Positions 35,670 to 48,344 of a stretch of 64,000 nt of DNA are shown here, in pieces. Below the pieces are notes generated by a model that did not search any database, was not told the origin of the DNA, and saw only the letters and a program-made list of their open reading frames with translations. The stretch is from Mobula hypostoma (lineage: Eukaryota): contig NC_086098.1 in the NCBI RefSeq assembly GCF_963921235.1, positions 4,464,001 through 4,528,000 on the forward strand, read 5' to 3'. A program made the translations under genes and the position numbers. Each line of letters opens with the position of its first letter. Position 1 is the stretch's first letter.

Positions 35670-36380
35670 GTAAGACCACAAGACATGATGGGTAGAATTA
35701 GTTCATTCGGCCCATCGAGTCTGCCCTGCTGTCCGTCATGGCTGATTTACTATCCCTCTCAATGCCATTCTTCTGCCTTCTTTCTGTAACCTTTAACACC
35801 CCAAGTCATCAAGAACCAATCTACTTCTGTTTTAAATATAGTCAATGACTTGGTCTCCACAGCTGCCTGTGGCAATGAATTCCACAGGTCCACCACTCTC
35901 TGGCTAAAGAAATTCTTCCTCGTCATTGTTCGAAAGTGACCTCCTTGTATTCTGATGTTGTGTCTTCTGGACCTAGACTCCCCCACAACTGGAAATATCC
36001 TCTCCACATCCACTTTATCTCGGCCTTTCAATATTCGATAGGTATGAATGAGATCCTGGGTTCTTCTAAACTCCAACGAGTACAAGCCCAGAGCCATCAA
36101 ACACTCCGTGTACCTTAACCCTTCAGTTCCCGGAATCATTTTCATGAACTCCCCCGGACCTTCTCCAACGCCAGGAGATGTTTCTTAGATAAGGGGCCCA
36201 AAACTACATATAATACTCCAAGTGCAGTCCAGCCGATGCCTTATAAAGCCTCGACATAACAACCCTGCTTTTATATTCTAGTCCTGTTGAAATGAATGCT
36301 AAAATCACATTTGACTTCTTCACCACCGACTCAACCTGCAAATTAACCTTTAACGAATCCTGCATGAAGACTCCCACGTT
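35670..36380 (-). mobile_element. CR1 3' fragment
   Basis: ORFs 35759..36145 and 36204..36401. Confidence 0.88.
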
Positions 36381-36689
36381 CTTGAGTTCCATCGATGTCA
36401 CCTTTCATTTTCACATTTGTTTATTGGTGTTGTCTTTAGTTCATGTACAGGTGAGCCCGGAATCATGGGGGTGGTCCTGGAGAGAGGACTCAGGTTATCT
36501 ATAAGCCTTATATGTCACACCTACATTGAAACCTTGAAACATCCAGTGATGTGCATAGTTAGTGTTAAATCAAATCAAATCAGTGAGACTGTGCTGATGA
36601 ACTTCTAATCCTGATGAGGGGTCTCGACCTGAAATATCGACTATTTATTTTCTTCCTTAGATGCTGCCTGACCTGCTGAGTTCCTGCAG

Positions 36690-36694
<5 letters not shown>

Positions 36695-36738
<44 letters not shown>
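36695..36738. repeat. (GT)n microsatellite grown out of a PLE terminus
   Basis: Direct reading. It sits at the ttttgtgtgtgtt position of the PLE end. Confidence 0.95.
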
Positions 36739-36740
<2 letters not shown>

Positions 36741-36954
36741 GGCGTATGTGTGTTGCTCTAAATTTCCAGCACCTGCAGTTGTGTCCACTTGTGTCTTCAA
36801 TTTTCAAACTGCTTTTAAATGATCTAAATGCCTGCAATCTATCTTTCTAGTTGTCATTGAGATGGATTGAAGAGTTGGCAGATGATTGATATCTGGATTA
36901 TTATAGCTGCTAAATTATTTAAACCTGCAATATTGTTAAGTAATAGTGTATGTG

Positions 36955-37260
36955 GGCGTCACAGTAGCGTAGCAGTTAGCAAAGTGTTCTATAGTGCCAG
37001 CAATCGCAATCAGGGTTCAATTCCTGCCCCACTGTCTGTAAGAAGTTTGTACGTTCTCCCTGTGTCTGCATGTGTTTCCAAAATATGCTCCAGTTTCCTT
37101 CCATATTGGAAAGGCAGGCAGATTGGTGATGGTTGGTAAGTTGTTGGCACTGGAACACTTGTGAGCTGCCCTCGACACAACCTCAGACTGTGTTGGTCAT
37201 TCACACAGAATGACCGCATTTCACTGATTCCATGTACAGGTGACAAATAAATCTAATCTA
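36955..37260 (+). mobile_element. tRNA-derived SINE (one of about ten copies, e.g. ~24390-24605, ~39310-39560, ~55375-55675, ~58890-59175; minus-strand copies at ~14040-14310, ~18110-18350, ~32110-32330)
   Basis: A-box-like tagcgtagcagtta, B-box-like ggttcaattcc, and the shared core ctgtctgtaaggagtttgtacgttctcccc. Confidence 0.75.
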
Positions 37261-40200
37261 ATTGTTAAATATAACCAGTTATATTCTTTAAAACTTTTAC
37301 TCCAGACCTCTTTTTGTTTACCTTCCTCTTGAAAATGTCCTCTCATTCTAAAGGAGTTTTGTTTCAATGTAGTTGTGACAAATAAAGCTAATCTTTAAAT
37401 GTTTAAATATTTACTTAGAATATTTTGATCATAAGCCTAATTTTTAATATCAATATTACTGGGACAAGTTACTAAATAGATGTGCGTGGAACTGAGATAT
37501 CAGAGCTTGGGCTGGCATCTCACCCACTTGACTGCTCAGGATCTGACAGTAGCAACTTGCTGTCCAGAGCAGTTAGGATCCAAAATGATTAGAATTTCTA
37601 AATGATAAAGCATTGGGAAGTGGATCAGAATAATTTCTGCACGTGAAATAATGGACAAACACTCGCAAATGCTGGAGGAACTCAGCAGGTCAGGCAGCAT
37701 CTATGGAGGAGGATAAAGAGTCAATATTTCAGTCCACGATCCTTCATCAGGACTGGCATGTCAGGAATAATGGACAGGGTGTTGAACCCCATTCTGAGTT
37801 TTCCTGACGGTCAAACCTGAATGTCAATTGGCACACTGGAGATTGTTTATTTAGGCTCCTTGTAATATTGGAAAAGGAAAGGTAATCAATCACACAATTG
37901 GATCAAACGTGATAAAATTTAAATCATGGCAATAATTAATGAAACAACATACATCAAAGTTGCTGGTGAACGCAGCAGGCCAAGCAGCATCTCTAGGAAG
38001 AGGTGCAGTCGACGTTTCAGGCCGAGACCCTGACCACACGGAGTATTGTGAGCAGTTTTGGGCCCCTTATCTAAGAAAAGATGTGCTGGCATTGGAGAGG
38101 GTCCAGAGGAGGTTCACGAGAATTGTTCCAGGAATGAAATAGTTAATGTATGAGGAGCATTTGATGTCTCTGGTCCTGTATTCTCTGGAATTCAGAAGAA
38201 TGGATGCAGAAATCTTATTGCAACCCATTGAATAATACAAGGTCTAGATCGAGTGGATGTGGAGAGGGTGTACCCTATAGTGAGGGAGTCTATGAAAAAC
38301 CTCTGAATAGAGGGACATCCATTTGGAATGGAGATGAGGTGGACTTTCTTTAGCCTGAGGGTGGTGAAACTGTGCAATTCATTGCCACAGTTGGCTATGG
38401 AGGCCAACTTGTTGGGTGTGATTAAGGTAGTTATTGACAAGTTGTTGATTAGTAAAGGTGTCACATGCACAGGGAGAAGGCAGGGAATGGGGATGAGAGG
38501 TATAATGAAGGCCATAATGGAATGGCAGAGTAGACTCGATGGGCTGAATGGCCTAATTCTGCTCCTATGTCTTATGGTATTATTTTCTTTTCATTCTCGA
38601 TGGTTAGTTGGTTATTTTCAGTTGCCCTGTGGTGAGGCTAGGGTTAAATAGGTGAGTTGCTAGGCTGCGTGGCTCATTTGGCCGGATTGGCCTGGTCCGC
38701 ACCGTATCTGCAAATAAACCGGCAATGTGCAACAAGTTTTCTACCTCATTCTTGACTTCCAAAGAGCCTTGGGATCGCAAAACAGCAGGTTGCGACACTA
38801 CCTTCTCAATTGTTGCTCTACTGCAGGAGAAAATTCAAAAATAACATCATTTCAAATGAAGGAGGCTACAGATAAGCTTGCTTGTCTAATTACTACCTGG
38901 CTCAAATTATTTTTAAAATTCCTAATTTGCTAGCATTGTCAAATAAATGGTGCCTGCCATCAGTAACGTGTCATATGTGAATGTTCTGTGAACAAGCTGT
39001 CAGCTGAAAAAAGGGAACACTTTTGTTAATTATAATTTAAATATCTCCCTATAAGGGAATGAACAAAACTTCTCTCGAATTCCCAGTGGAAGTTATTTAT
39101 TTGATTGGATTACTTACTTCTGATCCACTTTAATTAATCTGAGAGTTGATAGTCTTCTATTCAGGGCAGACTACATTGAGTTGATGTATAGTAAATGGTC
39201 TAAACTTGACACTTAATCTCGTTACGTACTGAAGTCAACTAATACTACAGATTCAATACTTTTGTAAAACCTTTTATGTTGCAACTGAAGAGCTGCAAGA
39301 TAATACCTTAGGTGCCATGGTAGTGTAGCGGTTAGTACAGTATTACGGCTTGGGGCGTCAGTGTTCAGAGTTCAGTTCCAGCGTTCTCTGTATGTCTTAC
39401 CCGTGGAATGCGTGGTTTCCCCCATATATCCGCCTACAGCCCAGCGATATGCCATGTAGGTTAATTGGTCATTGTAAATTGTCCCATGATTAGGCTAGAG
39501 TTAAAGCAGGGTTTTGGGGGCTGGAAGGGCCTACTCTACACTGTGCTCAATAAATAAATAGTTATTTATTTACCCTAAATAAATAGTTTCTCAGCTTCAT
39601 AAAACCCTGGTTCAAGATTCAAGATTTACATTTACTTCTCACACATACGGTGAAGTGCATCATTTGCGTTAACAACCAACACACCCAAGAATGTGCTGGG
39701 GGGCAGCCTGCAAGTGTCGCCAACAGTGCCACCGTAGTCTGGTTAGACCACTCTTGAAATGTTGTGTTCAGTTCTGGCCACCTCGTTGTAGGAAGCTTTA
39801 GAGAGGGTGTAGAGGAGGTTTAACAGGATGCTGCCAGGGTCAGAGAGCTTGTCTTATGAGGATAAATTGAGCAAGCAGAGGAGGATAAGAGGTGTACGAG
39901 ATTATGAGGCATAGACTGACTGGACAGCCAGAGACTTTTTCCCAGGGTGGAATTGGTTAATACAACACTCACACGCTGGAGGAACTCAGCAGGTCGGGCA
40001 CCATCTGTGGAAACGATCAGTCAACGTTTCAGGCCGGAACCCTTCGTCAGGACTGTAGGGGGAAGGGGCAGAGGCCCTATAAAGAAGGTGGGGGGAAGGT
40101 GGGAAGGAGAAGGCTGGTAGGTTCCAGGTGAAAAACCAGTAAGGGGAAAGATAAAGGGGTGGGGAAGGGAGGCAGGGAGGTGATGGGCAGGAATGGTGAA

Positions 40201-40394
40201 GAAGGAATAAGGGAAAGCACAATGGGTAGTAGAAGGAGGAGAACCATGAGGGAGGTGATAGGTGGCTGGGGGAGGGGGCAGAGTGACATAGGGATAGGGG
40301 AAGGGAGGGGGAGGGAATTACCATAGAACCATAGAAACTACAGCACAGAAACAGGCCCTTTGGCCCTTCTTGGCTGTGCTGAACCATTTTCTGC

Positions 40395-43321
40395 CTAGTC
40401 CCACTGACCTGCACACGGACCATATCCCTCCATACACCTCCCATCCATGTATCTGTCCAATTTATTCTTAAATGTTAAAAAAGAACCCACATTTACCACC
40501 TCGTCTGGCAGCTCATTCCATACTCCCACCACTCTCTGTGTGAAGAAGCCCCCTCTAATGTTCCCTTTAAACATTTCCCCCCTCACCCTTAACCCATGTC
40601 CTCTGGTTTTTTTCTCCCCTTGCCTCAGTGGAAAAAGCCTGCTTGCATTCACTCTATCTATACCCATCATAATTTTATATACCTCTATCAAATCTCCCCT
40701 CATTCTTCTACGCTCCAGGGAATAAAGTCCTAACCTATTCAACCTTTCTCTGTAACTGAGTTTCTCAAGTCCTGGCAACATCCTCGTAAACCTTCTCTGC
40801 ACTCTTTCAACCTTATTATATCCTTCCTATAATTTGGTGACCAAAACTGAACACAATACTCCAGATTCGGCCTCACCAATGCCTTATACAACCTCATCAT
40901 AACATTCCAGCTCTTACACTCAATACTACGATTAATAAAGGCCAATGTACCAAAAGCTCTCTTTACAACCCTATCTACCTGTGACGACACTTTTAGGGAA
41001 TTTTTTATCTGTATTCCCAGATCCCTCTGTTCCACTGCACTCCTCAGTGCCTTACCATTAACCCTGTATGTTCTACCTTGGTTTGTCCTTCCAACGTGCA
41101 ATACCTCACACTTGTCAGTATTAAACTCCATCTGCCATTTTTCAGCCCATTTTTCCAGCTGGTCTAAGTCCCTCTGCAGGCTCTGAAAACCTTGCTCACT
41201 GTCTACTACACCTCCAATCTTTGTATCATCAGCAAACTTGCTGATCCAGTTTACCACATTATCATCCAGATCATTGATATAGATGACAAATAACAATGGA
41301 CCCAGCACTGATCCCTGTGGCACACCACTAGTCACAGGCCTCCACTCAGAGAAGCAATTTTCTACCACCACTCTCTGGCTTCTTCCATCGAGCCAATGTC
41401 CTATCCAATTTACCACCTCTCCATGTATACCTAGCGACTGAATTTTCCTAACTAACCTCCCATGTGGGACCTTGTCAAAGGCCTTACTGAAGTCCATGTA
41501 GACAATATCCACTGCCTTCCCTTCATCCACTTTCCTGGTAACCTCCTCGAAAAACTCCAATAGATTGGTCAAACATGACCTACCACGCACAAAGTCATGT
41601 TGACTCTCCCTAATAAGCCCCTGTCTATCCAAATGCTTGTAGATTCTGTCTCTTAGTACTCCCTCCAATAACTTACCTACTACTGACATTAAACTCACCA
41701 GCCTATAATTTCCCGGATTACTTTTCGATCCTTTTTTAAACAACGGAACAACATGAGCCACTCTCCAATCCTCCGGCACTTCACCCGTAGACAGCGACAT
41801 TTTAAATATTTCTGCCAGGGCCCCTGCAATTTCAACACTAGTCTCCTTCAAGGTCCGAGGGAACACCCTGTCAGGTCCCGGGGATTTATCCACTTTAATT
41901 TTCCTCAAGACAGCAAGCACCTCCTCCTTCTCAATCTGTACAGTTGCCATGGTCTCACTACTTGATTCCCTCAATTCCATAAATTTCATGCCAGCTTCCT
42001 TAGTAAATACAGACGCAAAAAGCCTACTTAAGATCTCCCCCATTTCCTTTGGTTCCGCACAAAGCCGACCACTCTGATCTTCAAGAGGACCAATTTTATC
42101 CCTTACAATCCTTTTGCTCTTAATATACTTGTAAAAGCTCTTTGGATTATCCTTCACTTTGACTGCCAAGGCAACCTCATGTCTTCTTTTTGCCCTCCTG
42201 ATTTCTTTCTTAAGTATTTTCTTGCACTTCTTATACTCCTCAAGCACCTGATTTACCCCCTGTTTCCTATACATTTCATACAACTCCCTCTTCTTCTTTA
42301 TCAGAGTTGCAATATCCCTTGAGAACCAAGGTTCCTTATTCCTATTCAATTTGCCTTTAATCCTGACAGGAACATACAAACTCTGCACTCTCAAAATTTC
42401 CCCTTTGAAGGCTTCCCACCTACCAATCACATCTTTGCCAGAGAACAACCTGACCCAATCCACGCTTTTTAGATCCTTTCTCATTTCTTCAAATTTGGCC
42501 TTCTTCCAGTTCAGAACCTCAACCCTAGGACCAGATCTATCCTTGTCCATGATCAAATTGAAACTAATGGCGTTATGATCACTGGAACCAAAGTGCTCCC
42601 CTACACAGACTTCTGTCACCTGCCCTAATTCGTTTCCTAACTGGAGATCCAATATTGCATCCCCTCTAGTTGGTCCCTCTATATACTGATTTAGAAAACT
42701 TCCCTGAACACATTTTACAAACTCTAGACCATCTAGACCCCTAACAGTATGGGAGTCCCAATCAATGTATGGAAAATTAAAATCCCCTACCACCATAACT
42801 TTATGTTCCCTGCAGTTGTCTGCTATCTCTCTGCAGATTTGCTCTTCCAAGTCTCGTTGACTATTGGGTGGTCTGTAATACAATCCCACTAATGTGGCCA
42901 TACCTTTCCTGTTTCTCAGCTCCACCCATAAGGACTCAGTAGACAAGCCCTCTAATCTGTCCTTCCTGAGCACTGCTGTAATATTTTCCCTAACAAGCAA
43001 TGCTACTCCCCCACCTTTCATTCCTCTGCCTCGTTCACATCTGAAACATCGGAACCCTGGAATATTAAGCTGCCAGTCCTGCCCCTCCTGTAGCCACGTT
43101 TCACTAATTGCTACAACATCATAATTCCACGTGTCAATCCACGCCCTCAACTCATCCGCCTTCGCCGCAATACTCCTAGCATTGAAATATATACACCTCA
43201 GAAGATTTTTACCACCACTCACAACCTTTCTATCAGCGGATTTGCTTAAACTTTCAACATCATTTATTTTCACCCCAGCCACACTATCAGCTCTGGCACT
43301 CTGGTTCCCATCCCCCTGCAA
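40395..43321 (-). CDS. CR1 ORF2: APE endonuclease + reverse transcriptase, one frameshift near 40800
   Basis: 860 aa (FNARSI, SETW, YRPP, GDFN, SDHN, YMDFSKAFDKVPH, GVPQGSVLGP, KFADDTK) continuing as 40395..40802 (QRRFTRML, QRVVGVWNELP). No in-frame ATG at its start. Confidence 0.95.
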
Positions 43322-43323
43322 AT

Positions 43324-44204
43324 CTAGTTTAAAGCCTCCCCAATGGCACTAACAAACCTCCCTGAAAGGATATTGGTCCCCCTGTGGTTCAAGTGTAACC
43401 CGTCTCTCTTGTACAGGTCCGACCTGCCCCAGAAGAGGTCCCAATGATCCTGAAATCTGAAACCCTGCCCCCTACACCAGTTCCTCAGCCACTTGTTCCT
43501 CCTCCAGAGCATCCTATTCCTACCCTCACTGGCACCTAGCACAGGTAGCAATCCTGAGATTACCACCCTCGAGGTCCTGCTTTTCAACTTCCTACCAAGC
43601 TCTCTATACTCACTGTCCAGGACCTCTTCACTCTTCCTTGCTATGTCATTGGTGCCTATGTGCACCACGACATCTGGCTGGTCACCCTCCCACTTCAGAA
43701 TGTCATGCAATCGATTGGAGACATCCTTGACCCTGGCACCAGGGAGGCAACAAACCATCCTGGATTCTCTGTCACGACCACAGAACCTCCTATCTGCACC
43801 TCTAACTATCGAGTCCCCTATCACTACCGCTCTCCTCTTTTTCCACCCTCCCTTCTGCACTGCAGAGCCAGACCCAGTGCCAGAGATCTGGCTACTGCAG
43901 CTAGTCCCAGGTAAGTCATCCCCCCCAACAGTATCCAATGCGGTATACTTGTTGTTGAGGGGAATGGCCACAGGGGAACCCTGCTCTGCCTGCCCTTTCC
44001 TCTTCCCTCGCCTGACAGTGACCCAATTTCCTGTCCTCTGCTCCTTTGGCGTAACTACCTCCCTGTAGCTACGATCTATAATCTCCTCATTCTCCCGAAT
44101 GATCCGCAGGTCATCCAGCTCCTGCTCCAGTTCCCTAACACGGTTTGTTAGGAGCTGCAGCTGGATGCACTTCTTGCAGGTGTTGTTGTCAGGGACACCA
44201 GAGG
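43324..44204 (-). CDS. CR1 ORF1: CxxC/coiled-coil + SGNH esterase (5'-truncated)
   Basis: Frame open upstream of 43971 (TCKKCIQLQLLTNRVRELEQELDDL). SGNH blocks IGDSIV, PGA, HIGTND, DGLH. Confidence 0.92.
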
Positions 44205-45279
44205 TTTACCGGAAGTTGGAGAATTCTATGTTCATACCAAGGGGTTGGAGACTACCCAGACTGTATATGAGGTGTTGCTCCTCCAACCTGAATTTAGCCT
44301 CATCATGGCAGTAGAGGAGGCCACGTATGGACATATCCGAATGGGAATGGGAAGCAGAGTTGAAGTGGGTGGTTACTGGGAGATCCTGTCTGTTTTGACG
44401 GACAGAGCAGAGGTGCTCGACAAAGCGGTCCCCCAATCTGCGTCGGGTTTCACCGATGTAGAGGAGGCCGCACCGGGAGCACCGGATGCAATAGATGACC
44501 CCAACAGACTCACAAGTGAAGTGTTGCCTCACCTGGAAGTACTGTTTAGGGCCCTGAATAGTGGCAAGAGAGGAGGTGTAGGGACAGGTGTAGCACTTGC
44601 GCTTACAGGGTAGTACAAGGCCAATACAAGAGGAGGGCTAAAGTTCAGCTGCAGATTGATGGGAGTAGGCAGCTTTAATGGTTTGGCATGCCTTGTTTCT
44701 GTGCTCCTTTTTTCTATGACTCTAAAAGGGGAATAACTCTTCTTGGGCTTCCAGCCGAGTACTTGTCTCTAGCTGGAAACCCGAGAAGAGTTTATTTGTC
44801 ATATATGCCAGGATACATCATATACACTAGATCCTTTTTCACTTGTAAGGTGATTGGAGGAAATGTTGCACAAAGGGTGGTGTGTGGAATGCCTGCTGGG
44901 GTGGTGGCAGAGGCAGACATATTAGAGGCTGTTAGATAAACACATAGTTGATTGAAAGATGGAGGGTTATGTAGGAGGGAGGGGTTAGATTGAGTAGGTT
45001 AAAAGATTGGCATAACATCGTGGGCTGAAGAGATGTACTGTGCTGTGATTTTCTGTGTCCTATGTTAACGTCACCCCCTTCTCCGCCCAATTCCACCATC
45101 TGAGTGTCAGATCTGTTTAATTTTCAGTCATCCTACAATGTTAAAGGGAGTAATAGCTGTTCATTCTTAATGCTTAAAACTGCAGCAAAATTTTTCTCCA
45201 TTATTTATGGTTCTTCCAATATGTTTGTATTGATCATTATTTTATTGATCATTATATTATTGATCAGTATGTTATTGAT

Positions 45280-46660
45280 CTGAACCAGGTTTATTATCAC
45301 TGGCATGTGATGTGAAATTTGTTGACTTAGTAGTAGCAGTGCAATGCCATACATAATCTAGAAGAAAAAAATAAAGTAATAATAGATAAATAAGTAGATC
45401 TTATTCAATATACTTGATACAGTATACGTATATTGAACAGATTAAAAATTGTGCAAAAAACAGAAATATTGTATATTAAGAAAAAAGGTCACGTCCAAAG
45501 GTTCAATGTCCGTTTAGGAATCGGATGACAGAGGGGAAGAAGCTGTTTCTGAATCCCTGAGTGTGTGCCTTCAGGCTTCTGTACCTCCTACCTGATGGTA
45601 ACAGTGAGAAAAGGGCATGTCCTGGGTGCTCGAGGTCCTTAATAATGGACACTGCCTTTCTGAGACATTGCACCTTGAAGATGTCCTGAGTTCTTTGTAG
45701 GTTAGTACCCAAGATGGAGCTGACTAGATTTACAACCCTTTGCAGCTTCTTTCGGTCCTGTGCAGCGGCTGCCCCCCACCCCCATACCAGACAGTGATGC
45801 AGCCTGTCAGAATGCTCTCCACAGTACATCTATAGAAGTTTTGAGGTTTTGTTGACATAGCAAATCTCTTCAGACTCCTAATGAAGTATAGTCGCTCTCT
45901 TGCCTTCTTTATAGCTGCATCAATATGTTGGGACCAGGTTAGATCCTCAGAGATCTTGACACCTAGGAACTTGAAACTGCTCACTCTCTCCACTTCTGAT
46001 TCCTCTGTGAGAATTGGAATGTGTTTCTTTGTCTTACCCTTCCTGAAGACCACAATCAGCTCTTTCATCTTACTGACGTTGAGTGCCAGGTTGTTGCTGC
46101 GGCACCACTCCACCAGTTGGCATATCTCACTCCTGTACGCCCTCCCGTCACCACCTGAGATTCTACCAACAATGGTTGTATCGTCAGCAATTATAGATGG
46201 TATTTGAGCTATGCCTAGCCACACAGTCAGGGGTTTATAGAGAGTAGAGCAGTGGGCTAAGCACACATCCCTGAGGTGCACCAGTGTTGATCGTCAGCGA
46301 GGAGAAGATGTTATCACCGATCCGCACAGATTGTGGTCTTCCGGTTAGGAAGTCAAGGATCCAATTGCAGAGGGAGGTATAGAGACCCAGGTTCTGCAAT
46401 TTCTCAATCAGGATTGTGGGAATGATGGTATTAAATGCTGAGCTATAGTCGATGAGCAGCACCCTGGCATAGGTGTTTGTGTTGTCCTGGTGGTCTAAAG
46501 CCGTGTGGAGAGCCATTGAGATTGCATCTGCTGTTGACCTGTTGTGGCGACAGGCAAACTGCAATGGGTCCAGGTCCTTGCTGAGGCAGGAGTTCAGTCT
46601 AGTCATGACCAACCTCTCAAAGCATTTCATCACTGTAGATGTGAGTGCTACCGGGCTATA
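45280..46660 (-). mobile_element. Rex1/Babar LINE, 5'-truncated and frameshifted
   Basis: ORFs 46235..46852 ([29 protein letters not shown]), 45730..46281 (ADDTT) and 45503..45829. Confidence 0.92.
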
Positions 46661-47176
46661 GTCATGGTCTGGAATCTCCGGAGGAGAAGGCCTCGAATCC
46701 TCGGCTTTGCTTGTTTCGGCAGCTGGGACGAGGTCGAAGGCGCTCGGCAGAGGATGGCGCTTGAGAGGCTGTATCGGAGGGGCTGGTTGGAGGCTTGAAG
46801 TTTTCAGACGGATGGACCCAGTGTCGGCTGTGGTCGGGCGCTTCCAATGCATCGGCAGTTGTCGGTGCCTGGAGGTTTATGGCAGGGAGTTTCTCCCTTT
46901 GCAGCCTGCTATCGGGGACTCAGGAGTCGATCGACTCGGGACTTTGAGACTTGTTTTTTACCGTGCCCATGGTCTGTTCTTTATCAAATTATGGTATTGC
47001 TTTGCTGTGCTGTAACTATATGTTATAATTAGCTGATTCTGTCAGTGTTAGTCTTTGGTTTGTCTTGTTTTTCTGTGATATCACACAGGAGGAACATTGT
47101 ATCATTTCTTAATGCATGTATGCATTTCTAAATGACAATAAAAGAGGACTGCGTGTTCTTATAATCTAAAAAAAAA
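46660..47176 (+). mobile_element. Unclassified CpG-rich non-coding retroposon with LINE-like 3' end
   Basis: CpG-rich body, T-rich 3' part, AATAAA at ~47137 and a terminal A run. Confidence 0.5.
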
Positions 47177-47781
47177 TTCTACCTCATTATTTCGCTTTTA
47201 TGTTATTTAATTTTGTAGCTTTCGTAATTTTAACATCTTTGCTCTATACTGCTGCCATAGAACAACAAATTTGAAGACATAAGTCAGTGATAATAAATCT
47301 GATTGTAATTCTCCCACACAAAATGTTGGAGGAACTCAGCAGGTCAGGTAGCATCTATGGAAGGGAATAAACGGTCAACATTTTGGGCTGAGATGCTTCA
47401 TGAGGTCTGGAAAGGAGGGGAGGGGAAGGAGTCAACCTAGAAGGAAATGGGTGAAACCAGGTGATGAGGAAGGTGAGTGGAAGTCGTTGGGGGTTCAAAT
47501 AAGAAATGGAGGTGATAGGTGGAAAAGGTAAAGGGCTGAAGAAGAAAGAAGAGGAGGAGAGTGGACCATGGGTGAAAGAGGAGGAGAAGAGGTGATGGGC
47601 AGGTGAGGAGAAGAGAATGGGTTAAGCGAGGAGCCAGAATGAAGAATGGGAAAAGTGAGAAGAGGGAAAGGAGCAAAGTCACTGGAAATGAGAGGAATCG
47701 ATGTCTATGCCATCAGGTTAGAGGCAAGCCATATGGAAAATGACCTCATCATGGCAATAGATGAGGCCAAAGACCGACATA

Positions 47782-48100
47782 GACCATGTGTGAACACGTG
47801 GCCAAGTGGTTAAAGCATTGGCCTAGCGACCTGAAGGTCGTGAGTTCGAGCCCCAGCCGAGGCAACGTGTTGTGTCCTTGAGCAAGGCACTTAATCACAC
47901 ATTGCTCTGTGATGACACTGGTGCCAAGCTGTATGGGTCCTAATGCCCTTCCCTTGGACAACATTGGTGTTGTGGAGAGGGGAGACTTGCAGCATGGGCA
48001 ACTGCTGGTCTTCCATACAACCTTGCCCAGGCCTGCGCCCTGGAGAGTGAAGACTTTCCAGGCACAGATCCCTGGTCTCGCAAGACTAACAGATGCCTTA
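47782..48100 (+). mobile_element. tRNA-head SINE with RTE-derived body
   Basis: A box TGGCCAAGTGG, B box GAGTTCGAGCC. Body homologous to the reverse of 61210-61325. 13-bp TSD aaagaccgacata at 47769-47781 and 48101-48113. Confidence 0.88.
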
Positions 48101-48168
48101 AAAGACCGACATATCAAAATGGGAATTGGAAACTGAATTGAAGTGGGTGGCCACTGAGAAATCTTGAT

Positions 48169-48330
48169 GCAACACACATCAAAGTTACTAGTGAACGCAG
48201 CAGGCCGGGCAGCATCTCTAGGAAGAGGTACGGTCGACGTTTCGGGCCGAGACCCTTCGTCAGGCTGCGTTCGCCAGCAACTTTGATGTGTGTTGCTTGA
48301 ATTTCCAGCATCTGCAGAATTCCTCGTGTT
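48169..48330. mobile_element. 162-bp inverted PLE-terminus mini-insertion with hammerhead core
   Basis: 14-bp TSD tgagaaatcttgat at 48155-48168 and 48331-48344. Hammerhead core on the minus strand at ~48230-48264. Confidence 0.85.
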
Positions 48331-48344
48331 TGAGAAATCTTGAT

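Larger units (their letters stand above)
40323..44205 (-). mobile_element. Young, near full-length CR1 LINE (5'-truncated within ORF1)
   Basis: ORF1 and ORF2 essentially open. (catagaac)n tail. TSD ttacc at 40318-40322 and 44206-44210. Confidence 0.97.
39966..44622 (-). mobile_element. PLE (same subfamily as 24814-25587) inserted in an old CR1 and itself split by a young CR1
   Basis: 39966-40322 plus 44206-44610 (ORF 44206..44532 is GIY-YIG). Probable TSD aatacaa at 39959-39965 and 44623-44629. Confidence 0.88.

Noticed and set aside
43324..43971. Host SGNH/GDSL esterase gene
   Set aside because: It is CR1 ORF1, directly upstream of ORF2 and inside the TSD.
47790..47865. tRNA gene
   Set aside because: Acceptor and anticodon stems are imperfect, and it continues into a SINE body bounded by a TSD.
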